Assembly (NCBI RefSeq): GCF_006345805.1
Contig: NC_043018.1
Span: 15,004,001 to 15,068,000, forward strand
DNA from: Octopus sinensis
Lineage: Eukaryota
Length of the DNA: 64,000 nt
Direction: 5' to 3'
This document shows positions 61,753 to 64,000 of this stretch, piece by piece. Within the stretch, counting starts at the first letter, position 1; each line of letters starts with the position of its first letter. The notes below the pieces were generated by a model, which had not been told where the DNA came from, did not search any database, and worked only from the letters and a program-made list of their open reading frames with translations. The translations under genes were made by a program, and so were the position numbers.

Positions 61753-63374
61753 TGAGAGAGAGAAAGCGAGGGAGAGGCAGCATTGTCATAAAGTTTAATT
61801 TCTCGTCAACCGTATTCTCATCCGAAAATATTGATCAAGAGAAGTCCCAATCTATACAGAACGAATCCAGTTATCTAAATAAGCCATCGTACACATCGAC
61901 GCTCGTTGTAAAACTAAAGTGCAGCGAACAATAACAAAGTTTTGATGTTCTTCGGAACAAGGAAGCAAGATATGGAACATTTTGGTAAAAGAACGAAAGC
62001 ATGGTAATATTTTGTCCGCAAGACTTTCCACAATCTATTACAGAGGCATGTAAAAAAGTGGAGGGTATTTGACTGTTTTGCGAACGTCGAAGGTGCTTTT
62101 TATGTTCCATATAAGAAAGACAGAGAGGCATCACTGGAAGTTAAGTGAAGTGTCTTTTATTGAGAGGAGGAAAGCATGTGGTACCATGTGGCACGAGAGG
62201 CGTACCACATGAGAGGCGATAAGGTCAAAGCACAAGTTCAAATTTTATTTGACATACCTGCCCATAGACTAGTTCCACAATAAATGGGAAGATGAAATAC
62301 AAGGCTCGCCGTCAAAGACATTGTTTGTAACGTCGACTCTGGGGTTCGAGGTACAGTAAGGGCAGGTGAAACCTTCAGTGATTAGGGGTCAGATGGAGCC
62401 ACCATACACTAACAGGTCCTCATGACATCACAAAAGCACAAAACAACTGCAGAGTTGTGGGGGGTGCTGAGAGGAAAACCCATAAAACTCAGTAACCAGA
62501 GCAGAATTTCCAGATGTGAAGGCTTAGAAGGGCAACGACAACTCTGGCATCGCCAAAAGAGATCACTCCAGCTTTATTCCCAAGGTTTACAAGAAACCTG
62601 GTCGAGATCAACTTTATCTTTCATCCATCCAAGATCGATAGGATAAAATACTAATCAAGTATTGGGATTCGTTTGTTCCCTTTCGCCAATATTTCTGACC
62701 CTATTCCTATGTCAATATAATATCTATATTAAATTAATATGAAGATAAAATCTGTATTATTTAGCAATTGATACCCTCATAACTAACAATTCGAATCCTG
62801 ATCTCCCAGCAAATAATGGACGGAGCAACATTTTGGGTTAGCACAAAGATTAAAGAATTGATAGCTGAGCTAATGAGATAAGCAAAGGCTGGACAGTCAA
62901 GGTTGGGATGCCTTTGGTCATAGGCCTCTTCATTCATAGCGACTAAACAACAAAGAATTTGGAGCAAAACGGAAAATAACTAAGCAATCGTAAATAAATT
63001 ACATAAATAAACAATTGAATAAATAAAGAAAAGAGAAATAAATAAATTAAAGATTTGATGGAAAGAGAGACACGTTATGAGAGGTTGTATTAGGAAGGTA
63101 TGTCTTCTGTTTTAATTCTTATCACGAATGTTTTGTTGAGGTGAAGACTCGATGCTTGTTAGAACATTCTAGGTATTGACAAGTCTTCGTTGGCGAGATA
63201 AAAATCAAAGTGTGGCGTGATATGAGGAGTTTTATTCGGTGACATGAAACGTGGGCGTTTTATTCGTTCTTCGGTGAAAGTCAGAAGACAAAAAACTGTT
63301 GTCTTCTTTTCCTCTGACACAAATAACAGGGTTGTTTGTTGAAACGGTGGAGGGGGCCTTTACAGAGTCGCTCC

Positions 63375-63570
63375 AATTACTAGAAATAGCAGCTAATTCT
63401 TACTTGAAACACACTTCACACTCTTAAAACAAAGAATTAAACGTTGGATAATACAGTTTGGGTGCATGCATTCTTTAGAAAGCAAGAGGGTGGTGGTCAC
63501 GGCTGGAATGGCTTTGATTATTAGTTTATATAGCAAGGGTTGATTTGAAGCTGAACTGATATAACAATTC
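63375..63570 (+). mobile_element. Old dispersed repeat (ctagaaatagcagc...ggtcacggctggaatg..tttgat); related pieces near 8.3-8.5, 14.3, 20.85, 23.4, 53.3 and 62.8 kb
   Basis: Recurrent motif blocks at several sites in both orientations. Class unknown. Confidence 0.55.
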
Positions 63571-64000
63571 AATAATGGTGTCAGCAATAGTAGTGGTAGC
63601 AGCAGTAGCAGTAGCAGCAGCAGCAGTGGTAGCAGCCGTAGGAGGAACGGGGCTGTTTGATTCGAGAATTCTTTATCTTACCTTATTAGTTTCAGTCATT
63701 AGACTGCGGTCAAGCTGGAGCACCGCCTCGAAGAATGAATTGACCCCCAGTACTTCTTTTAAGCCTAGTACTTATTCTATCGCTCTCCGTTGCAGAATCG
63801 CTAAGTTACGCGACATAAAAAAACCAACACCGGTCGTCATGCCTGGTCATAAAATAATATTATAAAAGCATCATAGAGAGAATTAAGTGAAAAGGGCCCA
63901 GAATGGTTTACTTGTATGTGCTCTCTTGAACGGCAAGAAATAGTCGCCACGTTCTTAAATTCCATCTTTCACGTCTTTAAAAACGGTAAGGACTTCTTTA

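Overview
AT-rich, microsatellite-dense eukaryotic genomic DNA. The SINE families and repeat content point to an octopus genome (inference, not verified). One host gene is supported: the first two coding exons of a minus-strand SLC17/sialin-like MFS anion transporter (24640-24592 and 1275-1028), joined by a ~23.3 kb phase-1 intron, with the rest of the gene running off the left edge. Nearly all other ORFs in the track come from simple repeats. The remainder is three abundant tRNA-headed SINE families, dead Tc1/mariner and pogo-like transposons, MITEs, a decayed Penelope-like reverse transcriptase fragment and long microsatellites. The main unexplained signal is a set of 14 type I hammerhead-ribozyme motifs plus 3 half motifs in about 8 sequence families. 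They were found by hand-folding, and their stems differ between families while the catalytic core and cleavage triplet stay in register. Most sit in short non-coding elements next to (TA)n tracts, several form head-to-head palindromes with a ribozyme motif on each strand, and one lies downstream of a Pol III tRNA-like head. This looks like a diverse non-autonomous Penelope/retrozyme-like system. All folds are manual and no activity is demonstrated.
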